This document shows, in pieces, positions 1-8,026 of a stretch of 64,000 bases of DNA. A program made the position numbers and the translations under genes. The DNA is from an uncultured Spirochaetota bacterium. Lineage in GTDB: Bacteria > Spirochaetota > Spirochaetia > SZUA-6 > Fen-1364. Every line of letters starts with the position of its first letter. The first letter of the stretch is position 1. The stretch covers positions 384,001 to 448,000 of the forward strand of contig CAVTHO010000007.1 of NCBI GenBank assembly GCA_963734545.1, read 5' to 3'. The notes beneath the pieces are model-generated. The model saw only the letters and a program-made list of their open reading frames with translations. It was not told the origin of the DNA and ran no database searches.

Positions 1-2187
1 CCTGATTCACCTTACCGGGAGGCCTCCACCTTTCGACTGGCCGATATTGCCTGGCGCGCCAGGAATGTTTCAGAGGCTCTTGTGCAGCTCGACGCGCTGC
101 AGAAGCAGTTTCCGGATGGCGCTTATCGCGGCAACGCACTCTGCATGGAAGGGGATATCCAATTCACGCAGAACGACTATGCGCGGGCCCTTTTCGAATA
201 TGAAAGCGCCATTGCGCGCTTGAAGGAAGGCCCCGGCCGGCAGACGGCCTGGTATGCGAAGGGACTCACCCTTCTCGCGCTGGGAAGGATTGGCGATGCA
301 CAGGCATCGTTCGCCATGGCTGCAGCGGGCGCTGCGCCTGATATAGCGGAAAAGGCGGGCTTTCGGCGCGCGGTGCTTCTCGCGGGCGCCGGCAACGATC
401 GAGATGCGGTGCCGGCCTTGAGCACGTTTCTGAAGCAATTTCCCGGCAGCGCCGAGACTGAGAAGGCCGCCGCGCTCATGGCGTCACTCCTGGTGAAAAG
501 CGGCGATTCAGCGGGAGCGCTCGCCCGCTGGGACTCGCTGGTGAAAGGCTTCCCCCTGTCCGATTCGTTGCCAGAATATCTCTACAAAAGGGGCCAGGCC
601 CTGGTCGCGCTGAACCGCGTCTCAGAGGCGCTGGACGATCTGCAGGCCGTCGTAACCCGATACCCACGCTCGCCCTGGAGCGCGCAGAGCTCCTACATGA
701 TAGGCTATGTCTACACCCGGCGCGCCGAGTATCCCCGGGCGCTGCCGTATTTCCAATCCGCGGCGCAGAGTTCCGCGGAGGAAGAGCTCTCCGAGCGCAG
801 TCTCTTTTCCATGGGGATCTGCCTGTTCAACATGGGCAGCTTCGACAGGGCGCTTGCGCGCTTTGAAGACCTCCGTTCCCGGAAGCCGAAGAGCATTTCC
901 GAGGGCACAATCGTCGTGTTGATCGGCAGGACCCTCTATCGCGTGGGGAGGCTGGAAGAGGCTGTCCTGCGCCTGGGCGAAGCGGCAAGGCTGCTCGCGG
1001 CTGATTCCCTCGCTGACAGGACACGTGACGCTGCGGACGGGTCCGATGCCGCGTACTGGCTCGGATGGGCGAACCTGCGCCTGGGGCGTCTCGTCGAGGC
1101 TCGGGATGCCTTTCTTGTCCTGGCCAGGGAGTACCCTGCTGACGCGCGGCGCGTCGAGTCGCTGCTTCGCGCCGGCATCTGTGAAACCATGCGGGCGGAG
1201 GACACGGCCGCCGTGCGGCTCTTTGATGAAGTCATTGCCGCTCCCCGGTCGGCCGGAAATGGCGACCCGCGGGAGCAGGCGCTCTACGAGGAAGGCAGGG
1301 CTCTCGGCAGGCTTGGCAAGGCGCAGGAGCGCGCGGATGTGTTCGAGCGTCTTGCCGCGGAATTTCCCGCAGGGAAACTGGCACCGCAGGCCTTTTTCAA
1401 GCTCGCCGAGGAGGCTCTCGCGGACGGCCGCTACGCAGCGGCCGAATCCGGCTTTCAGAGGGTTGTGCGGGATTTTCCGGCGAGCGGCCTCGCTCTGCAG
1501 GCGCTCTATTGGAAGGCGCACGCAGTCTGGGAAGCAGGCGATCCCCGCGCAGCGCTCGACGGTTTCTGGGAATGCCTCGCGCAGGGCGCCCGGGCCGGCC
1601 TGCTGACAACCGCAACGGACGCGTTTCGCTCCGCGCTTCGCGCGACAGGGGACCTGGAGCTCGCCCGAAAGTTCTCGGAAAGGGCTGTCGGAAGCAGGGG
1701 ACTTGCGGTCGAAGCCGCAGCCGGGATCCAGCTCGAATACGCGCAGATGCTCCTGGGATCCGACCCGGAAGCGGCGCGAGCCGTCATCGATGACGTGAGG
1801 CGTGCCATGCCCCCTGAGCCTCTTGCCGGAGAAGCGAGCCTTCTCCAGGGAAGGTACCTGGCCGCGGTGGGTGACTGGAAAAAGGCCGAGGACGTATTCA
1901 GGTCCCTGGAAAGCGCACGCACGGACGAAGTGGGAGCACGGGCGGCAGGCGAGCATGCGCGCGTCCTGGAATCTACCGGGCGAACCGCCGAGGCGATCGA
2001 TGCGTACGTGACGGTCTCCTCCCGGTTTCCGGAATTCCAGGACATTGCGGCCCAGGGGCTCTACGAAGCGCGAAGAGTTGCCCGTGCTCGTGGAAACATG
2101 GGCAGGGCAGCGGAGATCGAGGAACGCCTGAGAAAGGCCTACCCTGACAGCCCATGGGTCCGGAAGCTGGATGCGACTATTGAATAG
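1..2187 (+). CDS. Tetratricopeptide-repeat protein (BamD/CpoB-like repeats), 5' end outside the window
   Basis: Frame is open from base 1. Repeated TPR-like helices with FP.S turns (FPGS, FPLS, YPRS, FPAS, YPDS). Confidence 0.85.
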   Translation, partial: PDSPYREASTFRLADIAWRARNVSEALVQLDALQKQFPDGAYRGNALCMEGDIQFTQNDYARALFEYESAIARLKEGPGRQTAWYAKGLTLLALGRIGDAQASFAMAAAGAAPDIAEKAGFRRAVLLAGAGNDRDAVPALSTFLKQFPGSAETEKAAALMASLLVKSGDSAGALARWDSLVKGFPLSDSLPEYLYKRGQALVALNRVSEALDDLQAVVTRYPRSPWSAQSSYMIGYVYTRRAEYPRALPYFQSAAQSSAEEELSERSLFSMGICLFNMGSFDRALARFEDLRSRKPKSISEGTIVVLIGRTLYRVGRLEEAVLRLGEAARLLAADSLADRTRDAADGSDAAYWLGWANLRLGRLVEARDAFLVLAREYPADARRVESLLRAGICETMRAEDTAAVRLFDEVIAAPRSAGNGDPREQALYEEGRALGRLGKAQERADVFERLAAEFPAGKLAPQAFFKLAEEALADGRYAAAESGFQRVVRDFPASGLALQALYWKAHAVWEAGDPRAALDGFWECLAQGARAGLLTTATDAFRSALRATGDLELARKFSERAVGSRGLAVEAAAGIQLEYAQMLLGSDPEAARAVIDDVRRAMPPEPLAGEASLLQGRYLAAVGDWKKAEDVFRSLESARTDEVGARAAGEHARVLESTGRTAEAIDAYVTVSSRFPEFQDIAAQGLYEARRVARARGNMGRAAEIEERLRKAYPDSPWVRKLDATIE

Positions 2188-3616
2188 CGCGCGCGGAGAG
2201 CTCGCGGGTAAGGCTGAGGAGCTTAAGGCGCGTTCCGTCTCCCTGGGCAAGGCGTACGGACCTTCCCTGCAAACGCACCGGCAGGGGGACCACGTACCTT
2301 ATTTTCCCCTGGTACAATCCAAGCTTCAGGATCACCGAATCCTCACCGCCGTCAGTGCCATCCATTCCGGGAAAGACAAAGTTGCCGAGCGAATAGGCGA
2401 TCAGACTGCCCTGGAACACCTGCAGGCCCTGGAGAACGTGTGGATGCGACCCGACGACCAGGTTGGCACCCGCCCGGACCAGCTCCGCGTAGAGCTTCCT
2501 CTGACCGGCAGTCGGCAGCGAGCTCCATTCCTCGCCGCCATGGACGAGGGCGATGTTGAAGCAGCCCGGCGAGAATGCGCGGGCAGCAGCGGCGAGCCCT
2601 TCCTCGTCCAGCCAGAGCGTGCCCGGCCTGTCCGGAGTCGCGCGCGCTGTTTTTCGTCCGTCAAATCCAGTTCGATCCACGGGGTATGCGGCGAATGAGA
2701 GAATACGGACTTCAGTTACGCCGAAACGGGCGATAAATGGCAGCGACGCCTCCCCCGCATTGCCCCCGGCCCCCGAGGTGCCCAGACCCCATCGGGAGAG
2801 ATTGGTCAGCGTGTCGAGGAAGCCCTGCATGCCGAAGTCAAACGTGTGGTTGTTGGCGAGCGAAAGGTAAGAAAAGCCTGCCTGCCTCAGCGCGCCAAGG
2901 GCCGCAGGTGCAAACCGGAACGTATAGGTCTTTCTGGTCCTGGAGCCTGCCGAGGTGGCGGCTGACTCGAGGTTCCCGAGCAGCAGCGCGCACGACTGCA
3001 GCGTGGGCAGCGTATCGCGGAACACCCGTTGAACCCCGCCGGATGAAAGGAGGGCTTCGTCCACTCCGCGTGCAGGCATGATATCACCCACTGCTCCGAT
3101 CCAGAGGATGTCGGTATCAGCCGCCGCGGCGGAGGGAATCGAGTCGAACCACCCGCGGAGCTGCTGGTCGTCGCCCTGGAGACCCACGGCCGCTTCGCCG
3201 GCCAGCCGGTAGCCTGGCTGGTCCGGAAACAGACCATCCACGGGAAGCGCGACATCAGGGAGGGTGACGCTTTCCAGGGGAACAACATGAACGACGCCCG
3301 CCTGCACGGCGTCCAGACCAGCGCTTCCCTGGGGCTCTCCCATCCGTATGACAGGGGCGCGCACGACGCGTGCGAAGACCTTGAATCCAGGCTCTGCGCC
3401 GATCTTAAGGGTGATCCTGTTGATCGTATCATTCCGTGTCGATTGTTCTCCCTGCGCCACGCGCTCCTCGTGCACGCCGGAGGGGAGAGGGTGGACTGCC
3501 ATGAGCCGCTGCCAGGCCGGCCACAGCCCCTCTTCTGCCTGCACGAGCACGGTCATGCCGGTCGCGCGGACGACACCGATGAGAAATACGGCAAAGAATA
3601 TGACGAGTTGCCTCAT
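2177..3616 (-). CDS. CapA/PgsA family (poly-gamma-glutamate synthesis-like) metallophosphatase, secreted
   Basis: Motifs AVGDIM, GNLES, SLANNHTFDFG, HGGEE, VGSHPHVLQ, YSLGNFVF. Signal-like N-terminus MRQLVIFFAVFLIG. Confidence 0.85.
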   Translation of the reverse strand: MRQLVIFFAVFLIGVVRATGMTVLVQAEEGLWPAWQRLMAVHPLPSGVHEERVAQGEQSTRNDTINRITLKIGAEPGFKVFARVVRAPVIRMGEPQGSAGLDAVQAGVVHVVPLESVTLPDVALPVDGLFPDQPGYRLAGEAAVGLQGDDQQLRGWFDSIPSAAAADTDILWIGAVGDIMPARGVDEALLSSGGVQRVFRDTLPTLQSCALLLGNLESAATSAGSRTRKTYTFRFAPAALGALRQAGFSYLSLANNHTFDFGMQGFLDTLTNLSRWGLGTSGAGGNAGEASLPFIARFGVTEVRILSFAAYPVDRTGFDGRKTARATPDRPGTLWLDEEGLAAAARAFSPGCFNIALVHGGEEWSSLPTAGQRKLYAELVRAGANLVVGSHPHVLQGLQVFQGSLIAYSLGNFVFPGMDGTDGGEDSVILKLGLYQGKIRYVVPLPVRLQGRSVRLAQGDGTRLKLLSLTRELSARAIQ

Positions 3617-3681
3617 GCCCGGGGCGCAGAGCATACACGGTTCCCCGATAAATGTCACGAAACTCAACGGCATGCCGCGCA

Positions 3682-3710
3682 TTGCACGCGTAAACCAGAA
3701 CGGCTATCAT
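3682..3710 (+). promoter_or_regulatory. sigma70-type promoter, probably giving a leaderless leuA-like transcript
   Basis: TTGCAC-17 bp-TATCAT, with the ATG 5 nt downstream and no Shine-Dalgarno. Confidence 0.55.
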
Positions 3711-3715
3711 GAACC

Positions 3716-5116
3716 ATGGCCAGACGTATTGAAGTATTCGACACGACCTTGCGCGACGGAAACAAGCTTCCATTCGCGGTGCTCTCTCCCCTGGATCGGC
3801 TGCTGCTTGCGCATCAGCTCGCGCGCCTCGGCGTGGACGTGATAGAGACCGGGTTCCCCGCGGCCTCGGACGAGGAGGCGGGGTGCGTCTCCCGCATCTG
3901 CGCCGAGGTGGAGGGGCCGTTCGTGGCGGCGCTGGCACGCGCCATCGACAGTGACGTCGACAAGGCGCTGGAATGCATCCGCAAGGCCGGGAAACCTTAC
4001 CTGCACGTGTTCATGTCCGTGTCCCCCCAGTTTCTCTCGCAGGTGCTGAAGCAGAAGGAAGAGGAGGCGCTGAAGAGCATCTCGCGCAGCATCCGGGCAG
4101 CCAGCGCGGCGAAGGTGCGGGTGCAATTCTCCCTCAGCGAGGCGCCTCATGCGCGAAAGGAGTTTCTACGGGAGGCATGCCGCGCGGCCCGGGAGGCGGG
4201 GGCCGACGTGATCAACCTTGCGGACACGAATGGAATCCTCGTGCCGGAGGATATGGCCGCGCTCGTGACCGAAGTACGAGACCTTTTCCAGAAAGGGAAA
4301 TCGGGCGCGCCCTCGATCGGGGTCCATTGCCACAACGACCTGGGCCTGGCGACCGCGAACAGCCTCGCGGCAATCAGGGCGGGCGCCTCGCACGTCGAGG
4401 TGACCGTCGGCGGTTTCGGAGAGAGAGCGGGCAATGCGGCCCTGGAAGAGGTGGCGTTTCTTCTTTCGGCCTGGGGGGAACGCTATAACGTTTCCCACGG
4501 AATCCACCTGGAGGAGATCGCGCGTACTTCCCGGCTTTTCGACAGCCTCACGGGCATCCGGACTCACCCGAACAAGCCGATCATCGGCCAGTGCGCGTTC
4601 GTGCCTGCTCCAGGAGGCTTCACAGGCAAATCGCTAGATCCCCTCATGCGGGACCTGCTTCGGGAAAAAACCATCGGCGGGCCGCAGGATGTGGCTCTCC
4701 CCGAGCCCGAGTCCGCGGGACCCTACACGCTGGACGCCTTCAATGTACTGACGAGCTCTCATTCTCCGCCGGTAGGGGTGGTGGTGATCCGCCGGGCGGG
4801 AAAGACGCTCACACAGACCTCCCACGGAAACGGACCCATCGACGCGCTCTTTCGGGCCGTGGACAAGGCGCTCGGGTTCACGACGCGCATGATCCTTTAC
4901 TCGGTCTCCACCCTGGCCACGGGGACCGAAGCGAGGGCCGAGGTCATTGTGACCGTGGAGCTCCGGGGCCGCAGATTCCACGGCCGGCACACGAGCACGG
5001 ACGTGATCGGTGCGAGCCTCCAGGCCTACATGAACGCCTGCAACGCCATCGGCGAGTCCGGAGTCCTCGAAGGGCCGTCGGACTTTCACGTGGCGGGAGA
5101 ATATCTCTGGGAATGA
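3716..5116 (+). CDS. 2-isopropylmalate synthase (LeuA)-like DRE-TIM protein, divergent
   Basis: FDTTLRDG, LGVDVIETGFP, HCHNDLGLA, GERAGNA and a C-terminal regulatory domain (GNGPIDA, TDVIGAS). Several conserved residues are altered. Confidence 0.75.
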   Translation: MARRIEVFDTTLRDGNKLPFAVLSPLDRLLLAHQLARLGVDVIETGFPAASDEEAGCVSRICAEVEGPFVAALARAIDSDVDKALECIRKAGKPYLHVFMSVSPQFLSQVLKQKEEEALKSISRSIRAASAAKVRVQFSLSEAPHARKEFLREACRAAREAGADVINLADTNGILVPEDMAALVTEVRDLFQKGKSGAPSIGVHCHNDLGLATANSLAAIRAGASHVEVTVGGFGERAGNAALEEVAFLLSAWGERYNVSHGIHLEEIARTSRLFDSLTGIRTHPNKPIIGQCAFVPAPGGFTGKSLDPLMRDLLREKTIGGPQDVALPEPESAGPYTLDAFNVLTSSHSPPVGVVVIRRAGKTLTQTSHGNGPIDALFRAVDKALGFTTRMILYSVSTLATGTEARAEVIVTVELRGRRFHGRHTSTDVIGASLQAYMNACNAIGESGVLEGPSDFHVAGEYLWE

Positions 5117-5129
5117 GGCGCGGCCGGCA

Positions 5130-6347
5130 CTATCCACGAGGAAGGCGCAGGCAGGAAAGAATCGCGAGCAGAGGGAAAGCGCCCACGATCATCATCATCC
5201 CCGGCAATCCGATCAGCTCGCCTATACCGCCCAGGGGCACCATGGCAAGGCCCGCCAGGCCCCAGGAAAAGCCCATAATGAGGGAAGACGCCATGGCAGG
5301 GGAGTCACCTGAATGTCTCTGCGCCATGAGGATCAGGAGCGGATTCGAGAAAGTCAGCACGGTTCCGGCCAGGACGATAAGAATGCTTCCTGCCGGGCCG
5401 GGAAAGAGGAGATAGCCGGCGATGGCAAGGGGCGCGCCGGCTGCGAGGGATGTCAGAACCAGCACCCGCTTGCCCGTCCTTCGGGAGAGCGCGCTCACGA
5501 ATACTGAAATCGCCGCGCCGAGCGCCAGCATTACCGTAAACAACACACCGATCGAAGTCAGGGGCATGGACAGCTTGGCCATGTAGACGGGCAGGAACGT
5601 GCTCAGGCCTCGCACGGCAACGGTGAGGCAGAAGTTGATGAACACAAGCCTCAGAAGAACCGCGCGGTCCCGACGATTGGCGAACAGGCCTTTCCACGTG
5701 ACGCGCACGGCCGGGACTGTGCGCGCCTTGAGCTCACGGGCGGGCAGAAGGAGAAAAAGGGCCCCGGCCACCAGCGCCGCGGGGACCGCCAGGACGGGGG
5801 TCGACTGGAATCCCCACGCGGAAATGAAAAATGCAATCACAGCCGGTCCTGCCGCGAAACCGAGATTGCCGCCCGCGCTGAATATCGCCATTCCGATCTC
5901 TGGATGGCTTCCGCTCAGCGTCGGCGTGACGGAGGCGCCCTTGGGGTGGAACGCAGCGGATCCCAGACAGCCGAGAAAGAGAGACGCGAGAAAGAGGGGG
6001 TAGGTAGGAATGACACCGACGAGGCTCACGAGGATCGCCGTGAGCAGGGGAGCCAGGTACAGGGATGCGGTGAGGCCGAACCTGTCGAAGAGCATTCCAA
6101 AAAGGGGCTGGCTCAGCGCGGACGCAAGGGCCGCCACCATGGAAATCGCTCCGACCATGGACAGGGTGAGCCCGAACTTCTCCATGACGATGGGAAACAG
6201 GGGCGTGAAAAAGCCCACGTAGATGTCATTGAAAAAGTGAGCGGCCGCGACGAGGAAGAGAATCGGGGAGACAGCGATCAGCGCACCTGCCGCCCCGGGT
6301 GCCCGCAGGGCCTCTTCGGGCGGGCGTCCCCGCGTGTGTGGGATCAT
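5130..6347 (-). CDS. MFS transporter (Fsr/fosmidomycin-resistance-like)
   Basis: About 12 hydrophobic segments; HFFNDIY, SQPLFG.L.DRFG, AAFHP, GGNLGFAAGP. Confidence 0.85.
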   Translation of the reverse strand: MIPHTRGRPPEEALRAPGAAGALIAVSPILFLVAAAHFFNDIYVGFFTPLFPIVMEKFGLTLSMVGAISMVAALASALSQPLFGMLFDRFGLTASLYLAPLLTAILVSLVGVIPTYPLFLASLFLGCLGSAAFHPKGASVTPTLSGSHPEIGMAIFSAGGNLGFAAGPAVIAFFISAWGFQSTPVLAVPAALVAGALFLLLPARELKARTVPAVRVTWKGLFANRRDRAVLLRLVFINFCLTVAVRGLSTFLPVYMAKLSMPLTSIGVLFTVMLALGAAISVFVSALSRRTGKRVLVLTSLAAGAPLAIAGYLLFPGPAGSILIVLAGTVLTFSNPLLILMAQRHSGDSPAMASSLIMGFSWGLAGLAMVPLGGIGELIGLPGMMMIVGAFPLLAILSCLRLPRG

Positions 6348-6363
6348 CTTTCCCCTGCGCCTG

Positions 6364-6927
6364 CTATGAGTTGACCCTCTCCTGGTATTCCATTGTCTCC
6401 GTGTTGACGAGTATCTTGTCGCCCTGCTTGATGAAAAGAGGCACCTTGACCTTCAGACCCGTTTCGCAGGTGACCACTTTCGTCGCGCCGCTCACCGTGT
6501 CGCCGCGCTCCGCCTTCTCCGCGGCAGAGACCGTGAAGACCATCTTGGTGGGCAGCTTGATGTCGATCGGCGTCTGCTCCCAGAACACGACCTGGTAGTT
6601 TTCCCCGTCTTTCAGGAAGTCCCGCTTCTCTTCCTCTCCCTCGATGGGGATGGTGAACTGCTCGTAGGTCTTCGTATCCATGAACGCATAGTTTTCATTG
6701 TCCGCATACAGGAACTGTACTTCCTTGAATTCCACGGAAACATCTTCAAGAGTGTCCTGGACCTTGTTCGTCTGGCGCAGCACGCTGCCTGTCTTGATGT
6801 TTTTCAATTTCAGACGCACAAACGCCGACCCCTTGCCCGGATTCACGTACTCGCGCTCGACGCATACATGAGGCTGATTGTTGATGAGTACGAACGTGCC
6901 TTTCATAACGTCGCTGGCCCTGATCAT
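6364..6927 (-). CDS. efp: Elongation factor P
   Basis: NPGKGSAFVR loop (Lys type), RGDT, TGL..KVPLFIKQGDKI. Confidence 0.97.
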   Translation of the reverse strand: MIRASDVMKGTFVLINNQPHVCVEREYVNPGKGSAFVRLKLKNIKTGSVLRQTNKVQDTLEDVSVEFKEVQFLYADNENYAFMDTKTYEQFTIPIEGEEEKRDFLKDGENYQVVFWEQTPIDIKLPTKMVFTVSAAEKAERGDTVSGATKVVTCETGLKVKVPLFIKQGDKILVNTETMEYQERVNS

Positions 6928-6937
6928 GTGATTCCTT

Positions 6938-7942
6938 TCACCGTGTTTCGGATTGCCTGTCCAATATAGCTGAAAACGGGAACAAGATCACCCCCCGCAG
7001 AGAGCTTTCTCCGTTGAACACCATTTCAAGCCGGTCGACACCGAGCGCCGTACCGGAGCACGGAGGGAAGCCGGGAGGGAAGAGATCGGCCAGCCCCTCG
7101 TCGATGCGGTGGAGGACCCTGCACGACTTCTTCCTCTCCGATTCCTCCTTGATGAGGGCCCGCAAGGCCCGGGGATCGGTCTCCTCCGTATAACAGTTGG
7201 CAATCTCGACGCCGTCGACGTACAGCTCCCATCTTTCCGCCCAGGGCGTGCCCGGCTTGCGCCGGGCGGTCGTGGGCACGAGCGCGGGATAGTCCGTCAG
7301 CACCAGCGGCCGGCTCCTGGGCAGGCCCGGCTCCACAAGGGTAAGGAATACGATGTGGAACGCCTCTTCCCAGGTGAGGTCGGCCGACATCGCCACGCCC
7401 TGCCGGATCCCTGCCTCTCTCATCCTGCCCGCATCCTGGCAGGCGGCAAGCTCGATGCCGGCGAAACGGCGGAAGGCCTCCTCCATCGACACGCGGAGAA
7501 ACGGCGGCGCAAGCTGCTCCCGCGGCCGTCCCGGCGTGTTTTCCGCAAGCAGGCGGGAGAACAGATCTTCGGTCACGCCAATGGAATCGAGGTAGTCGGA
7601 GCCCGCCGTGTACCATTCCAGGAGCCTGAACTCGGGATTGTGCAACGGCCCGCCCAGGTCGCCGTTGCGGAAACTATGGCTGATCTGGAAGATGCTGCCG
7701 GAGCCCCGTGCGAGGAGTCTCTTCATCCACAGCTCGGGGGAGGGCGCGAGCCAGAGGGGCACGGCGGCACCCCGCGAGGCCAGGTACTCTGTACGAAATA
7801 CCTCGATGGCCGGCTCGGGGATGAGGTACGGGCTGAGGCAAGGAGTGTCCACCTCCGCATATCCATGATCGGCAAAGCATGAGCGGATGGACCGGATGAA
7901 TCGCGCGTGCGCGTGAAGGCTGCTGCGTATGGGACCTGCCAT
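6938..7942 (-). CDS. epmA: EF-P lysine aminoacylase (GenX/PoxA)
   Basis: SPELWMKRLL, FRNGD...HNPEFRLLEWY, ERWELYVDGVEIAN, GTALGVDRL. LysRS catalytic domain only, adjacent to efp. Confidence 0.9.
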   Translation of the reverse strand: MAGPIRSSLHAHARFIRSIRSCFADHGYAEVDTPCLSPYLIPEPAIEVFRTEYLASRGAAVPLWLAPSPELWMKRLLARGSGSIFQISHSFRNGDLGGPLHNPEFRLLEWYTAGSDYLDSIGVTEDLFSRLLAENTPGRPREQLAPPFLRVSMEEAFRRFAGIELAACQDAGRMREAGIRQGVAMSADLTWEEAFHIVFLTLVEPGLPRSRPLVLTDYPALVPTTARRKPGTPWAERWELYVDGVEIANCYTEETDPRALRALIKEESERKKSCRVLHRIDEGLADLFPPGFPPCSGTALGVDRLEMVFNGESSLRGVILFPFSAILDRQSETR

Positions 7943-8026
7943 GGAGGGCGAGTATAGCACGAACAAAACCCGCGCGTTTCCCGTCTCGTAGACACGGGAA
8001 GGCACGATCCGTATATTCATAGCGCA

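Noticed and set aside
622-2250. Long antisense or alternative-frame ORFs (also 13048-14898, 17349-19010 and the 5' part of 32886-34802)
   Set aside because: These are shadow ORFs typical of high-GC DNA; they overlap well-supported genes and have no recognisable motifs.
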